From: Microcoleaceae cyanobacterium
Lineage (GTDB): Bacteria > Cyanobacteriota > Cyanobacteriia > Cyanobacteriales > Microcoleaceae
NCBI GenBank assembly: GCA_051652765.1
Contig: JBOFUV010000019.1
Span: forward strand, 1-64,000
DNA: 64,000 nucleotides
Direction: 5' to 3'
Positions within the stretch are counted from its first letter, which is position 1. The number at the start of each line of letters is the position of its first letter. Shown here piece after piece: positions 1 through 8,570 of the stretch. Below the pieces are notes generated by a model. It searched no databases and was not told where the DNA came from. It saw only the letters and a list, made by a program, of their open reading frames with translations. Both the position numbers and the translations under genes were made by a program.

Positions 1-111
1 AGTTGCTGCACCTCTAGAGGCGCAGCAACATTTGATAGCTTGCCAGAAACAAAAATTTTATTAATGATGAAAAAGTCCAGTTAATTCCAGCTCGGAATTT
101 AAGCAAAGAAC

Positions 112-354
112 ATGGCTTCCCCAATTCCGTTGAAATCAACAACTCTGGTTGGTCAAGCTCACGAAATTTGTCAGCTAATCGCAATCGTTCAGGCAGACCC
201 TAGCAAGAACCCAAAAAATGAATCCGTCATCGTTTCTTCAAATACGAATGAAGTGACGGGAATCAAAATCATAACCTTGCAAATCGCCACAATTGCGGAA
301 ATTGACACCGACGGCTCAATTGATCGGACAGCCATTGATCCATTTGTCAATTAA
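112..354 (+). CDS. Small hypothetical protein (80 aa), possible virion protein
   Basis: ATG ORF in the tightly packed cluster; N-terminal helix followed by alternating hydrophobic beta-type segments. Confidence 0.65.
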   Translation: MASPIPLKSTTLVGQAHEICQLIAIVQADPSKNPKNESVIVSSNTNEVTGIKIITLQIATIAEIDTDGSIDRTAIDPFVN

Positions 355-384
355 CAATCACCCAGTTAGCAAGGAACAGATCTT

Positions 385-948
385 ATGCCAGATGCAGCAG
401 TCGCAGCGGCGGTAAACGCCCTTAAGTCAAAGTGGACAGTTCTCAAGGCAACCGATCCTAAAGTTGGGGTCTCGAAGTTCCCTGGAAATGTCCGATTTAA
501 TGTCATGGTGGCAACCGACGTTAAGACCAGCTTCTTGATTGGCGGTCGCGCAATCCACATGCTTGAACTATTAGCGGATGATACCGTTGATGCGGCAAAA
601 GTTATCGATTGGGCGCTAACAGGTGGACTCACCGACGATCCGGCTCACCGAAATATTCAATCTAGTTCTTCAACCCTTGGGCGAATGATTGGGCGAGAAG
701 TGACGATTTTCAACTGCCCAAAAACGCTCACGGTAGACCGGAAAGGGGGCAATCAGATTTTTAGACACTGCACAGTCCGATTCCCGCAGATTGCTACCGT
801 GGACTCAATCAACAATTGGATTTACAGGCACTGTGGAGCAACCAAGCCCACTGGCTTCAGGATTGCGGGCGGGCGATTATTCAAGGTAGAAGATATTGGG
901 GATGCTAAGTTAGGTAGCCTGTCAGCTCGGTACAAGTACAAGGCTTAA
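385..948 (+). CDS. Hypothetical protein (187 aa), phage-like
   Basis: ATG preceded by AAGGA; basic C-terminal half; 5-nt gap to the next ORF. Confidence 0.75.
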   Translation: MPDAAVAAAVNALKSKWTVLKATDPKVGVSKFPGNVRFNVMVATDVKTSFLIGGRAIHMLELLADDTVDAAKVIDWALTGGLTDDPAHRNIQSSSSTLGRMIGREVTIFNCPKTLTVDRKGGNQIFRHCTVRFPQIATVDSINNWIYRHCGATKPTGFRIAGGRLFKVEDIGDAKLGSLSARYKYKA

Positions 949-953
949 TTTTC

Positions 954-1307
954 ATGGAGATATATGATGAGAGTTTGTGGGAGACTCTTTTTGAGGGAAC
1001 TACAGAAGCTCCTGAAGGGGGCAAGATTGCCCCTATTCTTGTTAATGAACCAATGTCAGACAACCGGCCCCTTAGGGTAACCACCACGTCCAGCCCGATA
1101 CCAATTTCTTGGTATCGGGCTGGATATTTGTATTTAGATAGTTGGCATTCCTCTGGACTGCCCTACAGAACAGCTTCTATATTGCTTCCAATTAATGTAA
1201 TTCAGATCATCAGCCCACATAATTACGGGTTGGAATATTATCTAGTGTTCCGACCCTTGGCTAAATATAAAAAGATGACTTTTAAAGTTGAATTTTATAG
1301 TCAATAG
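954..1307 (+). CDS. Hypothetical beta-rich protein (117 aa), phage-like
   Basis: ATG ORF with aromatic beta-strand pattern (WYRAGYLYL, YYLVFRP, MTFKVEFY); 5-nt and 3-nt gaps to its neighbours. Confidence 0.7.
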   Translation: MEIYDESLWETLFEGTTEAPEGGKIAPILVNEPMSDNRPLRVTTTSSPIPISWYRAGYLYLDSWHSSGLPYRTASILLPINVIQIISPHNYGLEYYLVFRPLAKYKKMTFKVEFYSQ

Positions 1308-1310
1308 CTC

Positions 1311-1649
1311 ATGATTGCTAACAACATCAAACTCTTAGTTCAAATTATTTACCTTTCTCAACTCATAATTAACGCTTCACTCGCATGGACACTGCTTAGG
1401 AATTTTGACAGAAGCCTCTATCGGTTACTTGGGATTTTCTTTATCCTTGAAGCTTTTCTGGATATTTGGCCTGTTTACTTGTTGGCAAAGTCTCCTACAG
1501 TGCCGTCAGGATTTACGATTGTCTATCTTCTAGTTGGTGCAATTGCAGAAAGCTTTATCGCAGGCTTTGTATTTATTACGGTCACAAGAGAAGCAAAAGT
1601 TGTTAATCGGTTAGCGTCAACCAAGCTAAACAAATGGAACCTCAGATAG
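1311..1649 (+). CDS. Small membrane protein with ~3 TM segments, holin candidate
   Basis: Three hydrophobic stretches and a basic C-tail; lies upstream of the peptidase and overlaps the next ORF. Confidence 0.6.
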   Translation: MIANNIKLLVQIIYLSQLIINASLAWTLLRNFDRSLYRLLGIFFILEAFLDIWPVYLLAKSPTVPSGFTIVYLLVGAIAESFIAGFVFITVTREAKVVNRLASTKLNKWNLR

Positions 1650-1996
1650 TCAATCCCAATGTTCAGAATGAAACGCTGCAAATTATCGGACTTGCGCTGT
1701 CAGCATTGACCACCCTAGCCGGAACATTTCTGACAGTTTGGGCAGGACTGATTAGTAAAAATCATGAGATTAAAATTAAAGGGGCAGAAGCTAGAATCAA
1801 TCAATTGACGGCTTATAAGAGAGCGCTAGAAGTCTACGAGAATGCCCTCATCGCTACCTCTTCAAGTCTTACAGCGATTAACTCCTTTGGTGCTAGCGTC
1901 AATCAAACAGAAGTTCTAAACAAAATGGAAGTCACTATCAATAAAGCCTTAGAGAAAGGGGAAGAGGTTCTTCATGAGCAATATCGTCAAAATTGA
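1634..1996 (+). CDS. Single-TM plus coiled-coil protein (holin/spanin-like candidate)
   Basis: Hydrophobic segment IIGLALSALTTLAGTFLTVWAGLI followed by a heptad-like helix; overlaps both neighbours. Confidence 0.65.
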   Translation: MEPQIVNPNVQNETLQIIGLALSALTTLAGTFLTVWAGLISKNHEIKIKGAEARINQLTAYKRALEVYENALIATSSSLTAINSFGASVNQTEVLNKMEVTINKALEKGEEVLHEQYRQN

Positions 1997-2567
1997 CACG
2001 CCGTCCGAATCTGGCTTTTATCTGTCTGTTCCGTATTATTCCCAGAGAGACAACGTGACTGAATGGTGGCGTACTTGCAACACCTCAAGTTGTGCGATGG
2101 TGGCTGAATATTTGCATCTAGGATCTATTAATGGCTCAGATGACAAATATTTTGGGCTTGTCAGTCAATATGGCGATACCACGGATCACAAAGCTCATAC
2201 ATCGGCGTTAGGTGAAATAGGCATCAGATCGAGCTTCTGGACAAACCTAGATTACAAAGATTTAGACAACGAGTTGGATCACGAACGTCCAGTCGTGATC
2301 GGGATCGCGCATCGAGGAGCGATTGAAGCACCCCAAGGGGGACATATGATTGTTGTGATTGGCAAGTACAAAGACTTAATTCATGGGGATCGGGGATATA
2401 TTTGTCATGACCCATGGGGAGAGGGATTTGGAATTTATTACAACTTGGGAAGACCAGGTGATCATGTTCGTTATCCAACAGAAAGCTTAGACAAGCGCTG
2501 GCTGTGCGAGGGGAAACAATCGGGTTGGGGTAGGCTTTTTGATAAACCTGAAATCTCTAAAACCTAA
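1974..2567 (+). CDS. C39-family (papain-like) cysteine peptidase, putative endolysin
   Basis: LSVPYYSQRDN..TCNTSSCAM (Gln/Cys), GGHMIVVIG (His), HDPWG (Asp). Confidence 0.85.
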   Translation: MSNIVKIDTPSESGFYLSVPYYSQRDNVTEWWRTCNTSSCAMVAEYLHLGSINGSDDKYFGLVSQYGDTTDHKAHTSALGEIGIRSSFWTNLDYKDLDNELDHERPVVIGIAHRGAIEAPQGGHMIVVIGKYKDLIHGDRGYICHDPWGEGFGIYYNLGRPGDHVRYPTESLDKRWLCEGKQSGWGRLFDKPEISKT

Positions 2568-2879
2568 CGATTCTACTTGGGATAAGTCAGGATGGGAGAT
2601 AATCCGTTCAATCAGGGATCGACCCAAGCCCTGATGCCGATAATCTGCTGCCACAATCACGTCAAAAATGAGTGCTCGGTAGACTCGGTCAGTCAGTACC
2701 CGCGCAAAGGCAACCAGTTGCTGAGTCCGAGTTTCACAGATGCCAAACAGATAATCAGAGTTGGACAGCATTTTGTGAATGTCGGCTAATGTTCTACCCT
2801 GCGACCACCAGGTTTCTTGATAGAGGCGATGCAATACTTCGACTTGTACAGTCGTCAGAGTATCAAGGTGTTTATACAT
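2487..2879 (-). pseudogene. GNAT N-acetyltransferase with C-terminus lost or replaced at ~2570
   Basis: LVAFARVLTD..ALIFDVIV..YRHQGLGRSL (motif A). After HPDLSQVES the frame reads the antisense of the peptidase gene and the usual final strand plus FY..GF motif is absent. Confidence 0.7.
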
Positions 2880-3266
2880 TCCGTTATAAACTCTGTTTTA
2901 TTTCTTCTAGCACTTCCTTTATTTTCCCATTTGGGAACCAGTTCACCAAGCGTCCACTCTAGAGAGATCAAGAACCCTTCAATTCGGCGTTGAATTGCCA
3001 GGGAACGAAACAGTTCTCAAATATCGATACATCAGGGATTCCAGGCTACTTTTCAGTAATATCTACAAGCACGGTGTATCAACTCGGAGCAGCGCTGTAG
3101 AAAGTTGATTGAGAGAGTGGAACATCAGGTTCACCCCTCTCTTTGCCCTGCTCCTACTATTCAAAGTGTAGAGAGTTGAATCCGGACAGCAAAAGTGCTG
3201 AAGCTGATAAACCGCGTTTCACTCCTCCGATTCATTCACCAGTGGACATTACCTGAGGCCGCAACA

Positions 3267-4487
3267 ATGTTAGCTCATATCAATTCTTTAAACCCCGTTA
3301 CTGACTGCGCTTGTGGAGCTGCCGCGTTAAATTCTGTGCCTTCCCAGAGTGCCTCTCAAAAGTTAGAAGTGCAAACGGTTGCAGATATCTTGCTAGCAGA
3401 ATTGCATGAATCTCTGGGGGTGAAACCCAGTGGTGGTCGCTCCGTTATGCTACGAATTGCCCTAGAAGTCGAGCGGATTTGTGAAAAGAGCCAGCGCATT
3501 CAAGCCTCTGGAGAAGAGCGCATCTGGCAAATGAACCTCGCCCGCCATCGGCTCCAAAAGTGCTTGCAGTACCACAAACTCGGTTCCCAACAAGGTCGGG
3601 TCGAGCTGCACTCTTCCCTAGCTGCCATGGTCTACCGCCATGTTGCCCCCCTTGATGCTCAACTCAATTTCCAAGGCCGTTACAACCTGATTGAGGACTG
3701 CTTGCAAGGATTCTATATCGAATGTCTGCGAGCGTTCCGTCGGGAACATCAACTTGAGGTCAATTATACGCCTCGGACTCGGTTGGAACTAGCAGAATAC
3801 ATGGCCTTCACCGAACAGTATGCCAAGCGCCAAATTGGTTTGCCCGGTCGAAATCGTCAGCGCCTAGTCGTCCTACGGGCCCAAGGGTTTGCGAAAGGGC
3901 TACCTCCTGAAACCTCTGTGGATATTGAACTCGCGGTCGAAGGAGGTAAAACAGAAGCAGAAGAAGCCCAGAGCCGTTCCCACGCCATGCAACAAGTTCG
4001 GGAGCAAATGGTTGCTGAAGCCATTGATCCTGCTGAAGCCGTGCTGCGCGATCGCGTCATTGTTGAGTTGGTCGAGTACTTGGAGACCCAAGGTCAAACG
4101 GACTGCGTCGAATACCTCAAGCTCAAGCTGCAAGACCTGCAAGCCTGTGACATTGACAAAGTCATGGGATTGACTTCTCGTCAGCGGGACTACCTGCAGC
4201 AACGATTCAAGTATCACGTTGAAAAATTTGCCCGCAACAATAATTGGCAATTAGTCCATGAGTGGTTGGGAGCAGATATCAGCCAGAAGTTGGGCATGAC
4301 CACTCAGCAGTGGGAACAGTTCCAAGCGGACTTGTCTCCAGTCCAGATCAAGTTGCTGGAACTCAAGCAAGAGAAGCACAATGACAAGGCGATCGCTAAA
4401 GTCCTGAAGTGCACCCCCAAGCAAGTGCAAAAGCAATGGACAAAGTTACTGGATGTGGCATTTACCTATCGCAATACCCAAGGGTGA
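3267..4487 (+). CDS. HetZ-family (HetZ-related) regulator
   Basis: GRVELHSSL, LELAEYMAFTEQYAKR, LTSRQRDYLQQRFKYH and WQLVHEWL match HetZ-family blocks; C-terminal HTH-like segment; ATG 3267 has GAGG upstream. Confidence 0.85.
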   Translation: MLAHINSLNPVTDCACGAAALNSVPSQSASQKLEVQTVADILLAELHESLGVKPSGGRSVMLRIALEVERICEKSQRIQASGEERIWQMNLARHRLQKCLQYHKLGSQQGRVELHSSLAAMVYRHVAPLDAQLNFQGRYNLIEDCLQGFYIECLRAFRREHQLEVNYTPRTRLELAEYMAFTEQYAKRQIGLPGRNRQRLVVLRAQGFAKGLPPETSVDIELAVEGGKTEAEEAQSRSHAMQQVREQMVAEAIDPAEAVLRDRVIVELVEYLETQGQTDCVEYLKLKLQDLQACDIDKVMGLTSRQRDYLQQRFKYHVEKFARNNNWQLVHEWLGADISQKLGMTTQQWEQFQADLSPVQIKLLELKQEKHNDKAIAKVLKCTPKQVQKQWTKLLDVAFTYRNTQG

Positions 4488-4572
4488 TAGCGGGGAGTAG
4501 ACGCAGGGTGATTTAATGGTCAACTATGCTGCTCGAATATTCTACTCGAATCACTGCTGTTACCCCGCTTCT

Positions 4573-4626
4573 TGATTTCCAGAAATACCCTGATTTCCAG
4601 AAATACCTTGATTTTCAGAAATACTC
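4573..4626. repeat. Tandem repeat, 18 bp x3 (TGATTTCCAGAAATACCY)
   Basis: Read directly from the sequence; third copy is imperfect. Confidence 0.9.
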
Positions 4627-4749
4627 AGAAACATAAGAATTTTAAATCTAAAATTCCGCAATCTATAGATCAAATCCTCACGATTATCCAGCAGATTGGG
4701 TACAGTAATGGGGTAACAGATTATTAACAATACTGCCATTTATACTGTT

Positions 4750-5502
4750 ATGTTCGTTAACCTCGCTAAACTTGCTACTAAAATCCTGGGCGAAGCTCAA
4801 GCAGACCTTCCACTCTGTCCTGAGGATCAAGATCGACCCTCCGTACAACAGCTGCTTCAAGTCTTTCAAGGAATTACGGCTGAGAGTTGCCCCAGGCTTT
4901 ACAACTTCCACATGCATACTGTTAAATCCGATGGGCGCTTGCAACCGAGTGAGTTGATTGACCAGGCGATTGACATTGGTTTAAAGGGACTTGCGATCAC
5001 CGATCACCATACTGTTGCAGGCTATCAACTGGCTCAAGCCCACCTCAATACTTGGAAGGCAAGCCATCCTGAAAATGAATTGTCTGCTCCTACCCTGTGG
5101 ACAGGGATTGAAATCAGTGCCGGATTATTGGGAACAGAAGTTCATATCTTAGCTTACGGGTTCGACCCCGCTGCTGCTAGTTTGCAACCCTATTTACAAG
5201 GGCACACGGTTCGAGGAGATGTTTATACGGCTGAAAGTGTTATTACAGCCATTCATCATGCTGGCGGGTTAGCTGTGCTGGCTCATCCCGCTCGGTATCG
5301 AGTTCCAGCCTCAGCCCTCATTCCTGCAGCGGCTAATCTTGGCGTTGACGGCACCGAAGTCTATTACAACTATCGCAACACAACACCCTGGTACCCAACT
5401 CCCGATATAACAGGCGAGGTAAAAGCCTTGGCAGAGCGGTTTAGATTGTTGCACACCTGCGGTACGGATACCCACGGACTCAACTTGCTGTTGCGGCTCT
5501 GA
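4750..5502 (+). CDS. PHP-domain metal-dependent phosphoesterase (TrpH/YciV-like)
   Basis: FHMHTVKSDG, AITDHH, LAHPARY and GTDTHG motifs. Confidence 0.9.
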   Translation: MFVNLAKLATKILGEAQADLPLCPEDQDRPSVQQLLQVFQGITAESCPRLYNFHMHTVKSDGRLQPSELIDQAIDIGLKGLAITDHHTVAGYQLAQAHLNTWKASHPENELSAPTLWTGIEISAGLLGTEVHILAYGFDPAAASLQPYLQGHTVRGDVYTAESVITAIHHAGGLAVLAHPARYRVPASALIPAAANLGVDGTEVYYNYRNTTPWYPTPDITGEVKALAERFRLLHTCGTDTHGLNLLLRL

Positions 5503-5565
5503 TGGTTTTGGCGGCTCCTGTGAGGTAGGATCAAAAAGATTATTGATTCTTCAAATCCTATCAAC

Positions 5566-6555
5566 ATGACTTCGAGAACAGTCAAAGTTTTTAAGTTGGC
5601 TTGGGCAGCGACTCGGATGAGTCTGGGTTTGATCACGATCCTGGGAATCACTTCAATCCCTGGATTCACTCAAGAACTTTCTAGTCCTGTTGTACCCTTA
5701 GAAACAGGTCAACTCGAAACAGGTCAACTCGAAACACAATCTTCAGCTACACGAAGCTTAACCGTTGAAACCTTGGAAGGGGTAGTTTTGCGGAATGAGC
5801 AGGTCGTAAAAGTTGGCGATCGCCTCAAATCCGGGGATCAAATTAAAACTGGAATTCGCTCAAAAGTAAGCCTCAGAATTGATAGTAATATTGGGCTAGT
5901 TGAACTGTCAGAACAAACAACTATTCAAGTTAAAACCCTATCTGGACAAGCTGGAACCAATCTCGATCAGGTTACTGTTTTGTCTATGAGCCAAGGGCAA
6001 ATTCGGTGTTCCGTGGGTCGCTTTGTGAGTGCCCCTTTTTGGAGCCAAACGTTGCCCCAAAATCAACGCCAAAAATCCATAAAAAATTCGCATTTTCGGA
6101 TAGAAACTCTAGCCGGAATTATTGGAGTCAAAGGTACGACATTTGGTGTCAGTGTTGCCCCAGATAATCGAGTGGCAATTCACACTCTTGAAGGTCAAGT
6201 TGGAGTCGTTGCGGCAGGTCAAGAAGTCAGCGTTGAAAAGGGTCAATTTGCGATTCTGAGACCTCAAGAAAAACCAGTAATTATCCCCTCAACCCCAAGA
6301 TTATCTGATTTAGACACTGATACATTGAACTCTAATTTAGAAAACTTTAGGGTTGTGAGGTTAACTCCCCGAACAGTCCAACTTCAGGGCCGGGTTGCGC
6401 CAACTGATCTAGTGTACGTCGAGAATCAGGCTGTTTCAGCAGATGCAGTCGGTTACTTTAAATACATCGGTCAGTTACCTGCAAGTCGGCGATTAGCTGT
6501 TACAGTTCGAGGGCCATCGGTTGGAGAGCGATCCTACGTGATTACAGTCCCCTAA
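5566..6555 (+). CDS. Exported FecR-domain protein
   Basis: Signal-like N-terminus; GDRLKSGDQIKTG, IIGVKGTTFGV and TLEGQVGV FecR-type motifs. Confidence 0.8.
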   Translation: MTSRTVKVFKLAWAATRMSLGLITILGITSIPGFTQELSSPVVPLETGQLETGQLETQSSATRSLTVETLEGVVLRNEQVVKVGDRLKSGDQIKTGIRSKVSLRIDSNIGLVELSEQTTIQVKTLSGQAGTNLDQVTVLSMSQGQIRCSVGRFVSAPFWSQTLPQNQRQKSIKNSHFRIETLAGIIGVKGTTFGVSVAPDNRVAIHTLEGQVGVVAAGQEVSVEKGQFAILRPQEKPVIIPSTPRLSDLDTDTLNSNLENFRVVRLTPRTVQLQGRVAPTDLVYVENQAVSADAVGYFKYIGQLPASRRLAVTVRGPSVGERSYVITVP

Positions 6556-6604
6556 AAGAATGATAATTTAGAAAGAAGTTGTTTAGTAAATTTCACAGGG
6601 AGTA

Positions 6605-7171
6605 ATGGCAATCTTACAGCTAGAAGATGGAACAATTTATACCCGACTTGAGGATATTGCGCTCCGGTTAGCATTGCTAAATGTGAGTTTGAATGAATGG
6701 CCTGTAGGAACTGATCCCAAGCTCTGTACTCTTTTAGATCAAGAAGCCTTAAATGATACTGAAAAAGAGTCGGTACTTGAGAGTTTAGATCATTATTTTA
6801 AACTGTTAAAAGAGTCTGAAGGCTATCAAGCCCGTGACTTGATTGTATTACATCCTGACATTCCCAACCTGGATGCTTTACTCGTTAAATTTGCATCGTG
6901 TCATACCCATGCCGATCATGAAGTTCGATACATTGTTGATGGGGAAGGTGTATTTGGATTTGTCTGTCCTGATGGTGTTCAAATGGAGTTAACGATTCAG
7001 CCAGAAGAGTACATTAATGTTCCTGCTGGAACAGAACACTGGTTTCATCTGACTGATATAAAGCGCATCAAAGCAGTGCGTTATTTCACAACAGTGGCAG
7101 GTTGGGTTCCCGAATATACTAATACTGCAATTCGATTCCCTCGGGTAAAGCAGCCCGTTTCCTTGACTTAG
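6605..7171 (+). CDS. mtnD: Acireductone dioxygenase (cupin)
   Basis: HTHADHEVRYIVDGEGVFGF, VPAGTEHWF, KAVRYF..GWVP; 2-nt gap to mtnW. Confidence 0.9.
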   Translation: MAILQLEDGTIYTRLEDIALRLALLNVSLNEWPVGTDPKLCTLLDQEALNDTEKESVLESLDHYFKLLKESEGYQARDLIVLHPDIPNLDALLVKFASCHTHADHEVRYIVDGEGVFGFVCPDGVQMELTIQPEEYINVPAGTEHWFHLTDIKRIKAVRYFTTVAGWVPEYTNTAIRFPRVKQPVSLT

Positions 7172-7173
7172 AA

Positions 7174-8340
7174 ATGACGATTGAAGTTGATTATTATTTT
7201 CCAGAACCGATTGATGCTGAGCGCCAAGCCCAGATTATTGCTGTGGGGCAAACCGTCGGAACTTGGGATGCAAGATTTAACCATCGTGCAGCAGAATTAC
7301 AATCTCATCTTGCGGAAGTCATTCAGGTCAAACCGAGCGAAACAGGAGGCAAGATTGCCACGATTCGCTTTCCAGAAATCAACGTTGAAAATGACATTCC
7401 TAGCCTGCTCACGATGATTTTTGGCAAGTATTCCATGGCAGGCATTGGAAAAGTTGTAGAGGTTCGCCTCCCTGCAACCTATGGTCTCGTTCCTCAGTTT
7501 GGAATACGGGGTATTCGAGAGCAACTGAATGTGTTTGATCGGCCTCTGATTATGGCAATTTTTAAACCAGCTTTGGGACTTTCTGCCACCGATCATGCAG
7601 CGATTTTAGAACAAGTTGCCTTTGCTGGATTAGACATTATTAAAGATGATGAAATTTTGGGAGATTTAGACGTTGCTCCGACTTTAGAGCGGCTCAAGGC
7701 TTGTCGGGCGGTGTTAGAAAAAGTTCAGGAACAGACTGGACGAAGGGTTTTATATGCAGTTAACGTCACGGGTTCAGCCCAGACGTTATTGGAAAAAGCC
7801 AGACATTTGGTTCGAGAAGGAGCGAATGCTTTATTGTTTAACGCCTTGACCTATGGGTTTTCAGCGCTAGAAGCCCTGGTTGCTGACCCTGAAGTCAATG
7901 TTCCTATTTTTGTGCATCCTGCTTTTGCAGGTGCGATGTGTGCTGCCGCCGATACTGGGTTAGCCTATTCCGTTGTCTTGGGAACTTTGATGGCCTATGC
8001 TGGGGCAGACGCGGTGTTATACCCCGCCCACTACGGGAGCTTACCCTTTGATCGCAGAGAAGAAGAAAAAATCCGAGACCATTTGCGATCGCGCCAGGTT
8101 TTCCCTGTTCCCTCTGCGGGCATTCATCCCGGCATTGTGCCTCAGGTATTAGCAGATTATGGCCAAGATGTGATTTTGAATGCTGGAACTGGAATTATGG
8201 ATCATCCAGAAGGGCCTGCTGCTGGGGTCAGCGCCTTTTTTGAAGCGTTAGACTGTATTGATCAAGGGACAGTTTTTGAGGTAGAAAATTTGCCAGAGGG
8301 AGCCTTGAAAACAGCCCTGATCACCTGGGGAAGGGGTTAG
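7174..8340 (+). CDS. mtnW: RuBisCO-like protein (form IV), 2,3-diketo-5-methylthiopentyl-1-phosphate enolase
   Basis: GQTVGTW, FGKYSM, IFKPALG, DIIKDDE and PVPSAGIHPG motifs; coupled to mtnD. Confidence 0.9.
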   Translation: MTIEVDYYFPEPIDAERQAQIIAVGQTVGTWDARFNHRAAELQSHLAEVIQVKPSETGGKIATIRFPEINVENDIPSLLTMIFGKYSMAGIGKVVEVRLPATYGLVPQFGIRGIREQLNVFDRPLIMAIFKPALGLSATDHAAILEQVAFAGLDIIKDDEILGDLDVAPTLERLKACRAVLEKVQEQTGRRVLYAVNVTGSAQTLLEKARHLVREGANALLFNALTYGFSALEALVADPEVNVPIFVHPAFAGAMCAAADTGLAYSVVLGTLMAYAGADAVLYPAHYGSLPFDRREEEKIRDHLRSRQVFPVPSAGIHPGIVPQVLADYGQDVILNAGTGIMDHPEGPAAGVSAFFEALDCIDQGTVFEVENLPEGALKTALITWGRG

Positions 8341-8415
8341 GACGCATTTAAAATCCTGAATTTCACCTTCTAGCCCCCAATTCCAGACTTATTCTATGTA
8401 CACTCGTTAAACAGC

Positions 8416-8470
8416 TCCCTTTTTTTTAAAAGGGGAAATAGATCAAAGTCTCCCTTTAAGGGGGACTTTG
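8416..8470. terminator. Two hairpins (REP-like dispersed repeat or bidirectional terminator)
   Basis: TCCCTTTT..AAAAGGGGA and CAAAGTCTCCC-TTTA-AGGGGGACTTTG lie between convergent genes. Confidence 0.55.
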
Positions 8471-8570
8471 AAAGAATCAAACTGCACTCTGTTTTTGAAG
8501 CCTGGAATGATAGCAGACTCAACTTGTGCGTACAGCCTTCCAAGATCCGCTAGAGCAAACTGAATTTTGG

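Larger units (their letters stand above)
1..2570 (+). mobile_element. Right end of a putative integrated prophage-like element (left part lies outside the window)
   Basis: Six co-oriented, abutting or overlapping ORFs with no housekeeping identity, ending in TM proteins plus a C39 peptidase (lysis-like order). No HIP1 site. The host GNAT loses its conserved C-terminus at the boundary. No integrase is visible in the window. Confidence 0.65.

Noticed and set aside
2880..3266. patX/patS-like RGSGR peptide gene upstream of the HetZ-like gene
   Set aside because: No RGSGR-encoding small ORF was found on reading this region.
1..4047. HIP1 absence as proof of foreign origin
   Set aside because: Similar HIP1-free gaps occur at ~4400-8080 and ~47570-52770, so it is only weak supporting evidence.
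7174..8340. True RuBisCO large subunit (rbcL)
   Set aside because: Only 388 aa, with RLP-type motifs (IIKDDE, FGKYSM), no rbcS/rbcX, and linkage to mtnD.
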